Below, in pieces: positions 45,757 through 54,387 of a DNA stretch of 64,000 nucleotides. This DNA is from Frankiaceae bacterium (GTDB taxonomy: Bacteria > Actinomycetota > Actinomycetes > JAFAQI01), in contig JAFAZI010000109.1 in the NCBI GenBank assembly GCA_019239875.1, forward strand, positions 2,372 through 66,371, given 5' to 3'. The position numbers and the translations under genes are program-made. How positions within the stretch are numbered: position 1 is the stretch's first letter; every line of letters begins with the position of its first letter. The notes beneath the pieces were generated by a model. The model ran no database searches, was not told where the DNA came from, and saw only the letters and a program-made list of their open reading frames with translations.

Positions 45757-46745
45757 TGCCGACTCACCCCACGAGCACCATGACGCTCGGCAAGGCCTTG
45801 AACGAAGGCCTTCGCAAGGCGATGGAGAACGACCCGAAGGTCCTCATCATGGGCGAGGACGTCGGCCGGCTCGGCGGCGTCTTCCGCGTGACCGACGGCT
45901 TGCAGAAGGACTTCGGCGAGGACCGTGTGATCGACACGCCGCTCGCCGAATCCGGGATCATCGGAACGGCGATCGGGCTTGCGATCCGCGGCTTCCGGCC
46001 GGTGTGCGAAATCCAGTTCGACGGGTTCGTGTTCCCGGCGTTCGACCAGATCGTCAGCCAAGTGGCCAGGCTGCACTACCGATCGGCGGGCAACGTCAAG
46101 GTCCCGATCACGATCCGGATCCCGTACGGCGGTGGCATCGGAGCGGTCGAGCACCACAGCGAGTCACCCGAGGCGTACTTCGCCCACGCCGCGGGGCTGA
46201 AGGTCGTGACCTGTTCCAACGCCGTCGATGCCTACTCGATGATCCAGCAGGCGATCGCGTGCGACGACCCGGTGATCTTCTTCGAACCGAAGCGCCGCTA
46301 CTGGGACAAGGCAGAGGTCGACACCACGGCGAGCGCCGACCCGCTCTGGTCGGCCAACGTCGTGCGCGAGGGCATCACCGCGACGTTGATCACCTACGGG
46401 CCGAGCGTGCGCACGTGTGTCGAGGCGGCGGCCGCCGCCGAGGTTGATGGCCACGACCTCGAGGTCATCGACCTGCGGGCCCTGTCGCCGATCGACTGGG
46501 ACGCCGTGTTCGCCTCGGTCGGCAAGACGGAGCACGCGATCGTCGTGAGCGAGGCGCCGGTGTTCGCCTCGCTCGCCGGGGAGATCGCCGCCAGGATCAG
46601 CGAGAAGTGCTTCTACTCCCTCGAGGCACCGGTCCTGCGGGTCGGCGGCTACTCCACGCCGTACCCGACCTCTCGGATCGAGGAGGACTTCCTCCCCGAC
46701 CTCGACCGAATCCTCGACGCCGTCGACCGTTCTCTCGCGTACTGA
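45756..46745 (+). CDS. 2-oxoacid dehydrogenase E1 beta subunit
   Basis: Sequence LIMGEDVGRLGGVFRVTDGLQKDFGEDRVIDTPLAESGIIGTAIGLA. It shows TGATG coupling with the E1 alpha gene. Confidence 0.92.
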   Translation: MPTHPTSTMTLGKALNEGLRKAMENDPKVLIMGEDVGRLGGVFRVTDGLQKDFGEDRVIDTPLAESGIIGTAIGLAIRGFRPVCEIQFDGFVFPAFDQIVSQVARLHYRSAGNVKVPITIRIPYGGGIGAVEHHSESPEAYFAHAAGLKVVTCSNAVDAYSMIQQAIACDDPVIFFEPKRRYWDKAEVDTTASADPLWSANVVREGITATLITYGPSVRTCVEAAAAAEVDGHDLEVIDLRALSPIDWDAVFASVGKTEHAIVVSEAPVFASLAGEIAARISEKCFYSLEAPVLRVGGYSTPYPTSRIEEDFLPDLDRILDAVDRSLAY

Positions 46746-46754
46746 GGGCCGCGA

Positions 46755-48176
46755 ATGCCTACCTTCAAGGACTTCAACCTGCCGGATCTCGGCGAGGGGC
46801 TGACCGAGGGCGAGATCCTGACCTGGCTGGTCGGCGTCGGTGACACCGTCACGCTGAACCAGCCGATCGTCGAGGTCGAGACCGCGAAGGCCGCCGTCGA
46901 GATCCCCTCGCCGTACGCAGGTCTGGTCACCAAGCTTCACCACGACGCGGGCACGACAGTGGACGTCGGGTCGCCGATCATCACGTACGACGTCGACCCT
47001 GATGGGGTCGCGGAGTCAACCGGCGGCGGCGAGCAGACGCCTGCGATCCAGGGCGGCGATCTGGTGCCCAGCGAGCCAGGCATCGTGGGCTCGCCGACGC
47101 CGAAGGCTGACAGCGAGGAGAAGATCGCAGTCCTCGTGGGCAGTGGCCCGAAGCGGGGGAAGCTGACCCGCCGCGCGCGGGTCTCCGCGGTCGCGCCCGA
47201 GCCACCGGTTGTCACACAGGCCGATCGGCCGCAACCTGCGCGCGTGTCTGCCGCCGCGGTCGGCGCGCGAGCGAAGCAGCTCGCCGGCGGGCTCCATGTG
47301 CTGGCCAAGCCGCCCGTGCGCAAGCTCGCGCGTGAGCTCGGTGTCGACCTCCGGGTGATCGGCGGCACGGGCCCGGACGGCACCGTGACGCGGTCGGACG
47401 TGCACGCGGCCGCCGGCGCATCCACTGCGCCGCCGCCCCCACGCCTCGCCCCCGCGCCGGACTTCGATCCCGCGACCAGGGAGCAGCGCATCCCGATCAA
47501 GGGGGTTCGGAAGATGACCGCCGCCGCGATGGTGCAGAGCGCTTTCACGGCGCCGCACGTCACGGAGTGGGTCACGGTCGACATGACCGCGTCGATGGAC
47601 CTCGTCGACCGCTTGAAGTCGCACGCCGACTTCGAGGGCGTGCGGGTCTCGCCGTTGCTCCTGGTCGCGCGTGCCCTCCTGCTCGCGATCCAGCAGCACC
47701 CGATGATCAACTCGGCGTGGGACGAGGAGACCCAGGAGATCGTGGTCAAGGGCTACGTCAACCTCGGCATCGCGGCGGCGACCCCCCGTGGCCTGATCGT
47801 CCCGAACATCAAGGACGCCGGTCGGCTCACGATGCCCCAGCTCGCGGCCGAGCTGGACTCCCTGGTGGCGGTCGCGCGGGACGGCAAGACCACACCCGCG
47901 GACATGGCCCGTGGCACGATCACGATCACCAACGTCGGCGTCTTCGGCGTCGATGCGGGCACGCCGATCCTCAATCCCGGTGAGTCGGCGATCCTGTGCT
48001 TCGGCGCCGTGCGGGACACGCCATGGGTCCATCAGGGTGAGATCGCGATCCGCAAGGTCACCCAGCTCGCGCTGTCCTTCGACCACCGGATCGTCGACGG
48101 TCAGCTGGGCAGTGAGTTTCTCGCCGCGGTTGCTGGCATGCTGTCGGACCCATGGCAGCTCGTCTCCTGGACCTGA
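46755..48176 (+). CDS. dihydrolipoamide acyltransferase E2
   Basis: Lipoyl domain (VEVETAKAAVEIPSPYAG), a subunit-binding domain (PPVRKLARELGVDL) and the catalytic motif LSFDHRIVDG. Confidence 0.92.
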   Translation: MPTFKDFNLPDLGEGLTEGEILTWLVGVGDTVTLNQPIVEVETAKAAVEIPSPYAGLVTKLHHDAGTTVDVGSPIITYDVDPDGVAESTGGGEQTPAIQGGDLVPSEPGIVGSPTPKADSEEKIAVLVGSGPKRGKLTRRARVSAVAPEPPVVTQADRPQPARVSAAAVGARAKQLAGGLHVLAKPPVRKLARELGVDLRVIGGTGPDGTVTRSDVHAAAGASTAPPPPRLAPAPDFDPATREQRIPIKGVRKMTAAAMVQSAFTAPHVTEWVTVDMTASMDLVDRLKSHADFEGVRVSPLLLVARALLLAIQQHPMINSAWDEETQEIVVKGYVNLGIAAATPRGLIVPNIKDAGRLTMPQLAAELDSLVAVARDGKTTPADMARGTITITNVGVFGVDAGTPILNPGESAILCFGAVRDTPWVHQGEIAIRKVTQLALSFDHRIVDGQLGSEFLAAVAGMLSDPWQLVSWT

Positions 48177-49600
48177 ACCGGCGCACGGCCGTCGCGGCCG
48201 CTGCGACCGCCTTGATCGTCAGCCTCGTTGGCCAGCCGATCGCGCACGGCGTGGTCGCGAACCGCTCGGCGGCGCCGTCGACGTACCGCAGCGCACTGTC
48301 GCGCCCTCATCACGACAGCGTCTACCCGGGCAAGGGCTCGACGTCGGTCGACGCCTTGCAGTACTCGCTGGATCTCACCTGGGACGACTTCGATCGCGAA
48401 CTGACCGGTGACGCATCGATCCTGTTCCGCGCCGCGAAGGACGAGTCGAGGCTCACCCTCGATCTCGGCACCGCGTTGCACGTCTCGTCGGTCACGCTCG
48501 ACAACCTTGCGGTGCCCACGAAGCACCCGGGCAACAAGCTGGTCATCGAGACTGGCGATCTTGCGGAGAGCAGCAAGCACTATCTCGACGTCTCCTACCA
48601 CGGCGTACCTCGCGCCGCCCGGGCACCGACGCGACGCAGCGACGTACCGGCCGCGGGCTTCACGACGCGCAGGAGCGACCAGGTCTGGGCGCTCCAGGAG
48701 CCGTACGGCGCGTTCACCTGGTATCCGGTCAACGATCAACCGGCGGACAAGGCGTACTACGACATCACGTTCCACACCCGCAAGGACTGGCGTGGAATGA
48801 CGGGCGGCAAGCTGGTCAGCGACAAGGTCGTCGGCGAGCAACGCGTCACCCGCTTCCGGCAGGACGCGCCGGCCGCGAGCTACCTCGTCGCACTCGGGAT
48901 CGGGCCGTATCGCGAACATTCGGACGTCGGCCCGCACGGCCTGCCCATCACGTACTGGGTGCGCCATTCGGACCGGAAGTTCTTGCCGCAGCTGCGTCGT
49001 ACGCCTCACATGCTGCGCTGGCTGGAGAAGCGCCTCGGTCCGTATCCGTTCGCATCGGCCGGTGTGATTGTGGAGCCGATGGCCTCTGCGGAGGAGACGC
49101 AGACGATGGTGACGATGGGCACCAGCGTCCTTCGCCAGCCCTACGGGCGCCAGGACCTGCTGCACGAGTTCGCCCACTCCTGGTACGGCGACACCGTCAC
49201 CCCGCAGGACTGGCGCGACCTGTGGCTCAACGAGAGCTTCGCCACGTACATCCAGCTTCGCTGGGAGGTGGCGCACTACGGCGGGTCGATGAGGCACGTG
49301 CGGCACTTCCTGGCCAGGTATGACCAGCGGCTACGCAACGAGTACGGCCCGCCTGGCGACTACCACGCCAATGACTTCGCGGAGCTCAACGTCTACTACT
49401 GCGGCGCTCGGATGCTCGACCGGCTGCATCAGAAGATCGGCAACCGGGCGATGTGGCGACTGCTCCGCCGCTGGCCGCAGCGGCATCACTACGCCACGGT
49501 GACCCGCGCCGAGTGGATCCGCTTCGTGAACCACCAGACCGGTCACGACTACTCGCACTTCATCAGGCACTGGCTGATGGCCAAGCGCTCCCCGAAATAG
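48152..49600 (+). CDS. M1-family zinc metallopeptidase (aminopeptidase N-like), secreted
   Basis: Contains HEFAHSWYGD plus NESFATY (the HExxH-x18-E signature) and a signal-like N-terminus. It overlaps the E2 3-prime end by 25 nt. Confidence 0.88.
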   Translation: MAARLLDLNRRTAVAAAATALIVSLVGQPIAHGVVANRSAAPSTYRSALSRPHHDSVYPGKGSTSVDALQYSLDLTWDDFDRELTGDASILFRAAKDESRLTLDLGTALHVSSVTLDNLAVPTKHPGNKLVIETGDLAESSKHYLDVSYHGVPRAARAPTRRSDVPAAGFTTRRSDQVWALQEPYGAFTWYPVNDQPADKAYYDITFHTRKDWRGMTGGKLVSDKVVGEQRVTRFRQDAPAASYLVALGIGPYREHSDVGPHGLPITYWVRHSDRKFLPQLRRTPHMLRWLEKRLGPYPFASAGVIVEPMASAEETQTMVTMGTSVLRQPYGRQDLLHEFAHSWYGDTVTPQDWRDLWLNESFATYIQLRWEVAHYGGSMRHVRHFLARYDQRLRNEYGPPGDYHANDFAELNVYYCGARMLDRLHQKIGNRAMWRLLRRWPQRHHYATVTRAEWIRFVNHQTGHDYSHFIRHWLMAKRSPK

Positions 49601-49621
49601 CGGCACCAGCGCCAGGGTTAC

Positions 49622-49685
49622 CGTCCAACCGTCTCAAATCGTTGGTTTCAAAGGCTCGAAACCAACAATTCGAGACGGTTGGGCG
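49622..49685. repeat. palindromic intergenic repeat, copy D
   Basis: Sequence is cgtccaaccgtctcaaatcgttggtttcaaaggctcgaaaccaacaattcgagacggttgggcg. It lies between convergent stops at 49600 and 49717. Confidence 0.9.
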
Positions 49686-49716
49686 AAAGATGTTGGGGTG
49701 GCGGGCGCGGCGGGGG

Positions 49717-51555
49717 CTAGAAGGCGGACTCGGGGAGCTCCATGACCTCGAGGTTCGTGCCTTCGAGTACGACGCGCTCGCCGTGCAGCAGCGGCAGCCG
49801 GGTCTGGGCGAAGAACTTCGCGGCGATGATCTTGCCCTCGTAGAAGTCCTTGTCCTTGTCCGAGGCGGGTCCGGCGGTGAGCGCGGCGAGCGCCACCTCC
49901 GCGCCGCGCAGCAGCAGCCAGCCGACGACGACGTCGCCGAGGCTCAGCAGCAGGCGGGAGGTGTTCAGCCCGACCTTGTACATGTTGTTGATGTCCTCGG
50001 CGGAGCTGGTCAGGTAGCCGACCATCGTCTCCACCATGGACTGGAAGTCACCGAGTGCCTCGCCCAGCATGACTCGCTCGTTCTTCAGCTGACCGTTGCC
50101 GGCCTCGGAGTCGGCGAACTCCTTGATCTGCGTGAGCAGCCCGGTGAGCGCGGCGCCCTGGTCGCGCACGATCTTGCGGAAGAACAGGTCCATCCCCTGG
50201 ATCGCCGTCGTGCCCTCGTAGAGGGTGTCGATCTTCGAGTCCCGGATGTACTGCTCGATCGGGTAATCCTGCAGGAAGCCGGAGCCGCCGAGGGTCTGCA
50301 GCGACTGCGACCCGAGCAGCTCGTATGAACGTTCCGAACCGAAGCCCTTCACGATCGGCAGCAGCAGATCGTTCAGCCGGACGAACGCCTCCGCGTCCTC
50401 GCCCCGGAAGTTCGCGTCGGCGACGGCGTCCTGCTGGCTCGCGGTGTAGAGCACGAGGGCGCGCATGCCCTCGGCGTACGCCTTCTGCGTCATCAGCGAG
50501 CGGCGCACATCAGGGTGGTGCGTGATCGTCACCCGCGGCGCGGTCTTGTCCAGCATCTGAGTCATGTCGGCGCCCTGCTCGCGAGCCTTCGCGTAGTCCA
50601 GCGCGTTGAGGTAACCCGTCGACAGCGTCGCGATCGCCTTGGTGCCGACCATCATCCGGGCCATCTCGATGACCTCGAACATCTGCGCGATGCCCTCGTG
50701 CACGTCGCCGACCAGCCAGCCGACCGCAGGCGCGCCGTGCTCGCCGAACGTGAGCTCGCACGTGGTCGAGACCTTCAACCCCATCTTCTTCTCGACGTTG
50801 GTGACGTAGACGCCGTTACGGTCGCCGAGCTCGCCGGTCTCGAGGTTCACGTGGAACTTCGGTACGACGAACAAGGACAGGCCCTTTGTGCCGGGACCCG
50901 CGCCCTCCGGGCGGGCGAGGACGAGGTGGACGATGTTCTCGGGGACGTCCCACTCGGCGCTCGTGATGAATCGCTTCACGCCCTCGATGTGCCAGGTGCC
51001 GTCGGCCTGCTCGATCGCCTTGGTGCGACCGGCGCCGACGTCGGAGCCGGCGTCCGGCTCGGTGAGGACCATGGTGGCGCCCCAGTTTCGGTCGACCATC
51101 CACTGCGCGAACTGGCGCTGCTTGTCGTTGCCGAGCCGGTAGAGGATCTGCGCGAACGCCGGGCCGGCGGCGTACATGTGGATCGCCGGGTTGGCGCCCA
51201 GCACCATCTCGTTGGCCGCCCAGACGATCGACGGCGGCAGGCCCGGCCCGCCGAGCTCCGGGGAGAGCGGCAGCCGATCCCATTCGGTCTCGATCAGGGT
51301 CCGGTAGGACTTCTTGAACGACTCGGGCAGCGTGACCGTGTGCGTGTTCGGGTCGAAGACCGGCGGGTTGCGGTCGGCGTCCGCGAAGGACTCGGCGAGC
51401 GGGCCCTCGGCGAGGGTCCGCCCCTGCTCGAGGATCGACTTGGCCGTGTCGAGGTCGATGTCGGCGAAAGCGCCCTGTCCGAGGATCTCGTCGCGTCCGA
51501 GCACCTCGAAGAGGTTGAACTCGATGTCGCGCAAGTTGGACTTGTAGTGGCCCAT
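49717..51555 (-). CDS. large acyl-CoA dehydrogenase (FadE5-like, about 610 aa)
   Basis: The N-terminus [20 protein letters not shown] is characteristic of the long ACAD class. It contains TEPDAGSD and a C-terminal extension. Trimmed by 6 codons from the track start. Confidence 0.9.
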   Translation of the reverse strand: MGHYKSNLRDIEFNLFEVLGRDEILGQGAFADIDLDTAKSILEQGRTLAEGPLAESFADADRNPPVFDPNTHTVTLPESFKKSYRTLIETEWDRLPLSPELGGPGLPPSIVWAANEMVLGANPAIHMYAAGPAFAQILYRLGNDKQRQFAQWMVDRNWGATMVLTEPDAGSDVGAGRTKAIEQADGTWHIEGVKRFITSAEWDVPENIVHLVLARPEGAGPGTKGLSLFVVPKFHVNLETGELGDRNGVYVTNVEKKMGLKVSTTCELTFGEHGAPAVGWLVGDVHEGIAQMFEVIEMARMMVGTKAIATLSTGYLNALDYAKAREQGADMTQMLDKTAPRVTITHHPDVRRSLMTQKAYAEGMRALVLYTASQQDAVADANFRGEDAEAFVRLNDLLLPIVKGFGSERSYELLGSQSLQTLGGSGFLQDYPIEQYIRDSKIDTLYEGTTAIQGMDLFFRKIVRDQGAALTGLLTQIKEFADSEAGNGQLKNERVMLGEALGDFQSMVETMVGYLTSSAEDINNMYKVGLNTSRLLLSLGDVVVGWLLLRGAEVALAALTAGPASDKDKDFYEGKIIAAKFFAQTRLPLLHGERVVLEGTNLEVMELPESAF

Positions 51556-51798
51556 GGTCAGCTCTCCGCACACGAGGTGCTCGGCGTCGGTCGCCGGGCA
51601 GGGTTTGCGTCCTACCGGTTGGGGTCCGGGTGGCTACCCACCAGTAACAACCGCGATGTTACCCCCTAGTAACGCTCGGTATTCAACGAACCCGCCTTGA
51701 CCCCCGGGGTGAATTCGAGCGTGTTTCGCCCCGAAATCGACCGATGAGACGGAGATCACCGTCACCCACCGTTCGGGCGGCGAGCACCCCGTGCGGAG

Positions 51799-54036
51799 GT
51801 GCAGACTGGATCGATGGGCCGAAACGCGGAGATCGCGCGCGAGCAGGAGATCGTCGCGCGGCTCTACGGCCGCCTCGACGCGCTGCGCGAGGAGGCCCGG
51901 CTTCGGCTGTACGAGACGCTCGGCCGCGGCGCGTCGGGCACCCACCAGAACCGCAGCGAGCGCGACCTGTTCGCCGGGATGTACGGCGCCCGTATCGCCC
52001 AGCTCGACGCGGTGGAACCCGGCCTGTGCTTCGGCCGCCTGGATCTGCTCACGAGCGAGCGCCTCCACATCGGCCGGATCGGCCTCACCGACGAGCGTCA
52101 CGACACCTTGCTCGTCGACTGGCGAGCACCGGCGGCCGAGCCGTTCTACCGAGCGACGCCCGCCGAGCCGGCCGGGGTCGTCCGCCGCCGGCACCTGCGG
52201 ACGAAGGGTCGCAGGGTGCTCGACGTCGAGGACGACGTGTTCGACGTCGACGACCTGACCGACGCGGACCGCGAGACCTTGGGCGGGGGCGGCGCCCTGC
52301 TCGCCGCGCTCAACGAGACCCGGACCGGCCGAATGCGCGACATCGTCGCCACCATTCAGGCGGAGCAGGACCGGATCATCCGCGCGGACCCGTCCGGCGT
52401 CCTGGTCGTGCAGGGCGGGCCGGGTACCGGAAAGACCGCGGTCGCGCTGCACCGCGCGGCGTACCTGCTCTACACCCACCGCGAGCGGCTGGCCCGCACC
52501 GGCGTACTCGTCGTCGGTCCAGGCCCCGCGTTCGTGCGTTACATCGAGCAGGTGCTGCCCTCTCTCGGTGAGACCGGTGTGCTGCTGTCGACCCTCGACG
52601 GCCTCATCCCCGGGATCGAGGTCAAGGCGACGGACAGCGAGGCGACCGCGAGCCTGAAGGCAGAGCTCCGGATGACCGATCTGCTCGAGGCGGCGGTGAT
52701 GGCGCGGCAGCGCGTGCCGGACACGGACCGGGTCGTGCACTTCGAGGAGCACGAGCTCGTCCTCACCCCGCAGGACATGGCGATCGCCCGAGCCCGGGCA
52801 CGCCGCTCGCGCCGACGCCACAACCGGGCGCGATACGCCTTTGCGAAGCAGCTGCTCCGATTCCTGGTCGCGCGGCTCGCGGAGACCGACGAGGAGCTCT
52901 CGCGTGAGCGGTGGGTGCTGCGCACGATCATGGCCGACGACGAGTTCCGCGCGATCGTCGACGAGTGCTGGCCGCGGCTGACCGCGGCAGAGCTGGTCGC
53001 TGACCTGTTCACGCCGGCGGGGCTGGCGGGGATCGGATCGGAGATCCTGACCGACGCCGAACGTCGGTTGCTGGTGCGTGAGCCCGGCTCGCCGTGGGCG
53101 TCCGGCGACGTCCCCCTGCTCGACGAGGCGTGGGCGCTGCTCGGTGACCCGGAAGAGGTGCTGCGCGTCGCCGCCGAACGCCGGGCGCTGCGCGCCGACC
53201 GCGAGTACGCGCAGCAGGTCATCGCGGCCACCGGCACCAAGGCGCACGTCGATGCCGATACGCTCGCGGAGCGGTACGCCGGCGGCCCGGTCGGTCGCGC
53301 GGTCGTGGACCGTGCCGCGAACGACCCGGACTGGGAGTACGGCCATCTGATCGTCGACGAGGCGCAGGAGCTCTCACCGATGGCGTGGCGGATGCTCGCA
53401 CGGCGCTGCCCGCTCCGATCGATGACCGTCGTCGGTGACGTGGACCAGGCATCCGCACCCTGGGCGTTGCGTTCCTGGCCGGCGGCGCTGCAGCCGGTGG
53501 CTCCGGACCGATGGCGGGTGGAGTCGCTGTCGGTCAACTACCGGACGCCGGCCGAGATCATGGCGGTCGCCGCAGATGTGCTGGCGGCCGCTGACCCGAA
53601 CGTGTCGCCGCCGTCGTCGGTCCGCGAGGCGGGCTTCCCGCCGTCCTCGCATCAGGTCCCGCCGACCGCTCACATCGCGGAGGTCGTCGCGGACGTCGTT
53701 GCGCAGTCGCGAGCAGCGATCGGTGACGGCAAGCTCGCCGTCATCACTCCGGACCGTTGGTACGACGGGGTGGTAGCTGCGGTCATGGGCCGGTTCGAGG
53801 GCGAGGTCGCGACGGGCGCCGCAGGCCTCGACTCGCCGATCGCGATCCTGGACGCCACTGAGGCGAAGGGCCTGGAGTTCGATGCGGTGGTGCTCGTCGA
53901 GCCGGCCGACTGGATTCGGGACCATGCCCGCGGCCTCCGCGAGCTCTACGTCGCGCTCACCCGAGCGACGCAACGCCTAGATGTCGTCCACGCGGATGAC
54001 CTGCCGACCGTGCTCGGCCGGCTGACTCCAGCCTGA
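51799..54036 (+). CDS. HelD-like UvrD-family ATPase (actinobacterial HelR-type RNA polymerase recycling factor)
   Basis: N-terminal coiled-coil region, then HIGRIGL...LLVDWRAPAAEPFYRAT. Walker A is VVQGGPGTGKTAVALHRAAYLLY and the DEAQ box is IVDEAQELSPMAWRML. The start may be the ATG at 51814. Confidence 0.85.
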   Translation: MQTGSMGRNAEIAREQEIVARLYGRLDALREEARLRLYETLGRGASGTHQNRSERDLFAGMYGARIAQLDAVEPGLCFGRLDLLTSERLHIGRIGLTDERHDTLLVDWRAPAAEPFYRATPAEPAGVVRRRHLRTKGRRVLDVEDDVFDVDDLTDADRETLGGGGALLAALNETRTGRMRDIVATIQAEQDRIIRADPSGVLVVQGGPGTGKTAVALHRAAYLLYTHRERLARTGVLVVGPGPAFVRYIEQVLPSLGETGVLLSTLDGLIPGIEVKATDSEATASLKAELRMTDLLEAAVMARQRVPDTDRVVHFEEHELVLTPQDMAIARARARRSRRRHNRARYAFAKQLLRFLVARLAETDEELSRERWVLRTIMADDEFRAIVDECWPRLTAAELVADLFTPAGLAGIGSEILTDAERRLLVREPGSPWASGDVPLLDEAWALLGDPEEVLRVAAERRALRADREYAQQVIAATGTKAHVDADTLAERYAGGPVGRAVVDRAANDPDWEYGHLIVDEAQELSPMAWRMLARRCPLRSMTVVGDVDQASAPWALRSWPAALQPVAPDRWRVESLSVNYRTPAEIMAVAADVLAAADPNVSPPSSVREAGFPPSSHQVPPTAHIAEVVADVVAQSRAAIGDGKLAVITPDRWYDGVVAAVMGRFEGEVATGAAGLDSPIAILDATEAKGLEFDAVVLVEPADWIRDHARGLRELYVALTRATQRLDVVHADDLPTVLGRLTPA

Positions 54037-54286
54037 CTCGGGGCCGCCGTGCCTGGTCGGCGCACATCCAATCGAGATCACCGCGGGCGATCCGCTCGAT
54101 CTGCTCGAGCCGAATGTTGATGCCCGCGGCGCTCGTCGACTCGGCGGCGACGCGGGACGTGGCGGCCGCCGCTTCCTGCACCACCCGGGACACCTCGGGA
54201 AGCGGGATCGCGTCGTAGTCCTCGGCCAGGCGCTGCGTCAGGTCCAAGATGCGCGCGCCTACCGACGCTCGGCGGAGAGTGGTCAT
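53957..54286 (-). CDS. small hypothetical protein (possible three-helix-bundle type)
   Basis: 109-aa ORF with high third-position GC over its first 75 or so codons (ILDLTQRLAEDYDAIPLPEVSRVVQEAAAAT...). Its 3-prime 80 nt overlaps the convergent helD-like gene, so the true end or even its reality is uncertain. Confidence 0.4.
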   Translation of the reverse strand: MTTLRRASVGARILDLTQRLAEDYDAIPLPEVSRVVQEAAAATSRVAAESTSAAGINIRLEQIERIARGDLDWMCADQARRPRVRLESAGRARSAGHPRGRHLGVASLG

Positions 54287-54387
54287 TCGGTGCGTTGCTC
54301 ACTAAGTGATCGGAGACGGGTAGGCGCAACGGTTTGTTCCCGCTGGCTCCCGCCGCCAATCTCATCCGGCGGCCATAACCTCTAGCC

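Noticed and set aside
51574-51798. A rifamycin-associated element (RAE) upstream of the helD/helR-like gene.
   Set aside because: I could not find a GC-rich inverted repeat of roughly 19 bp matching my recollection of the RAE. Only a short CCCCCGGGG stretch and AGTAAC half-sites are present. This needs a proper motif scan.
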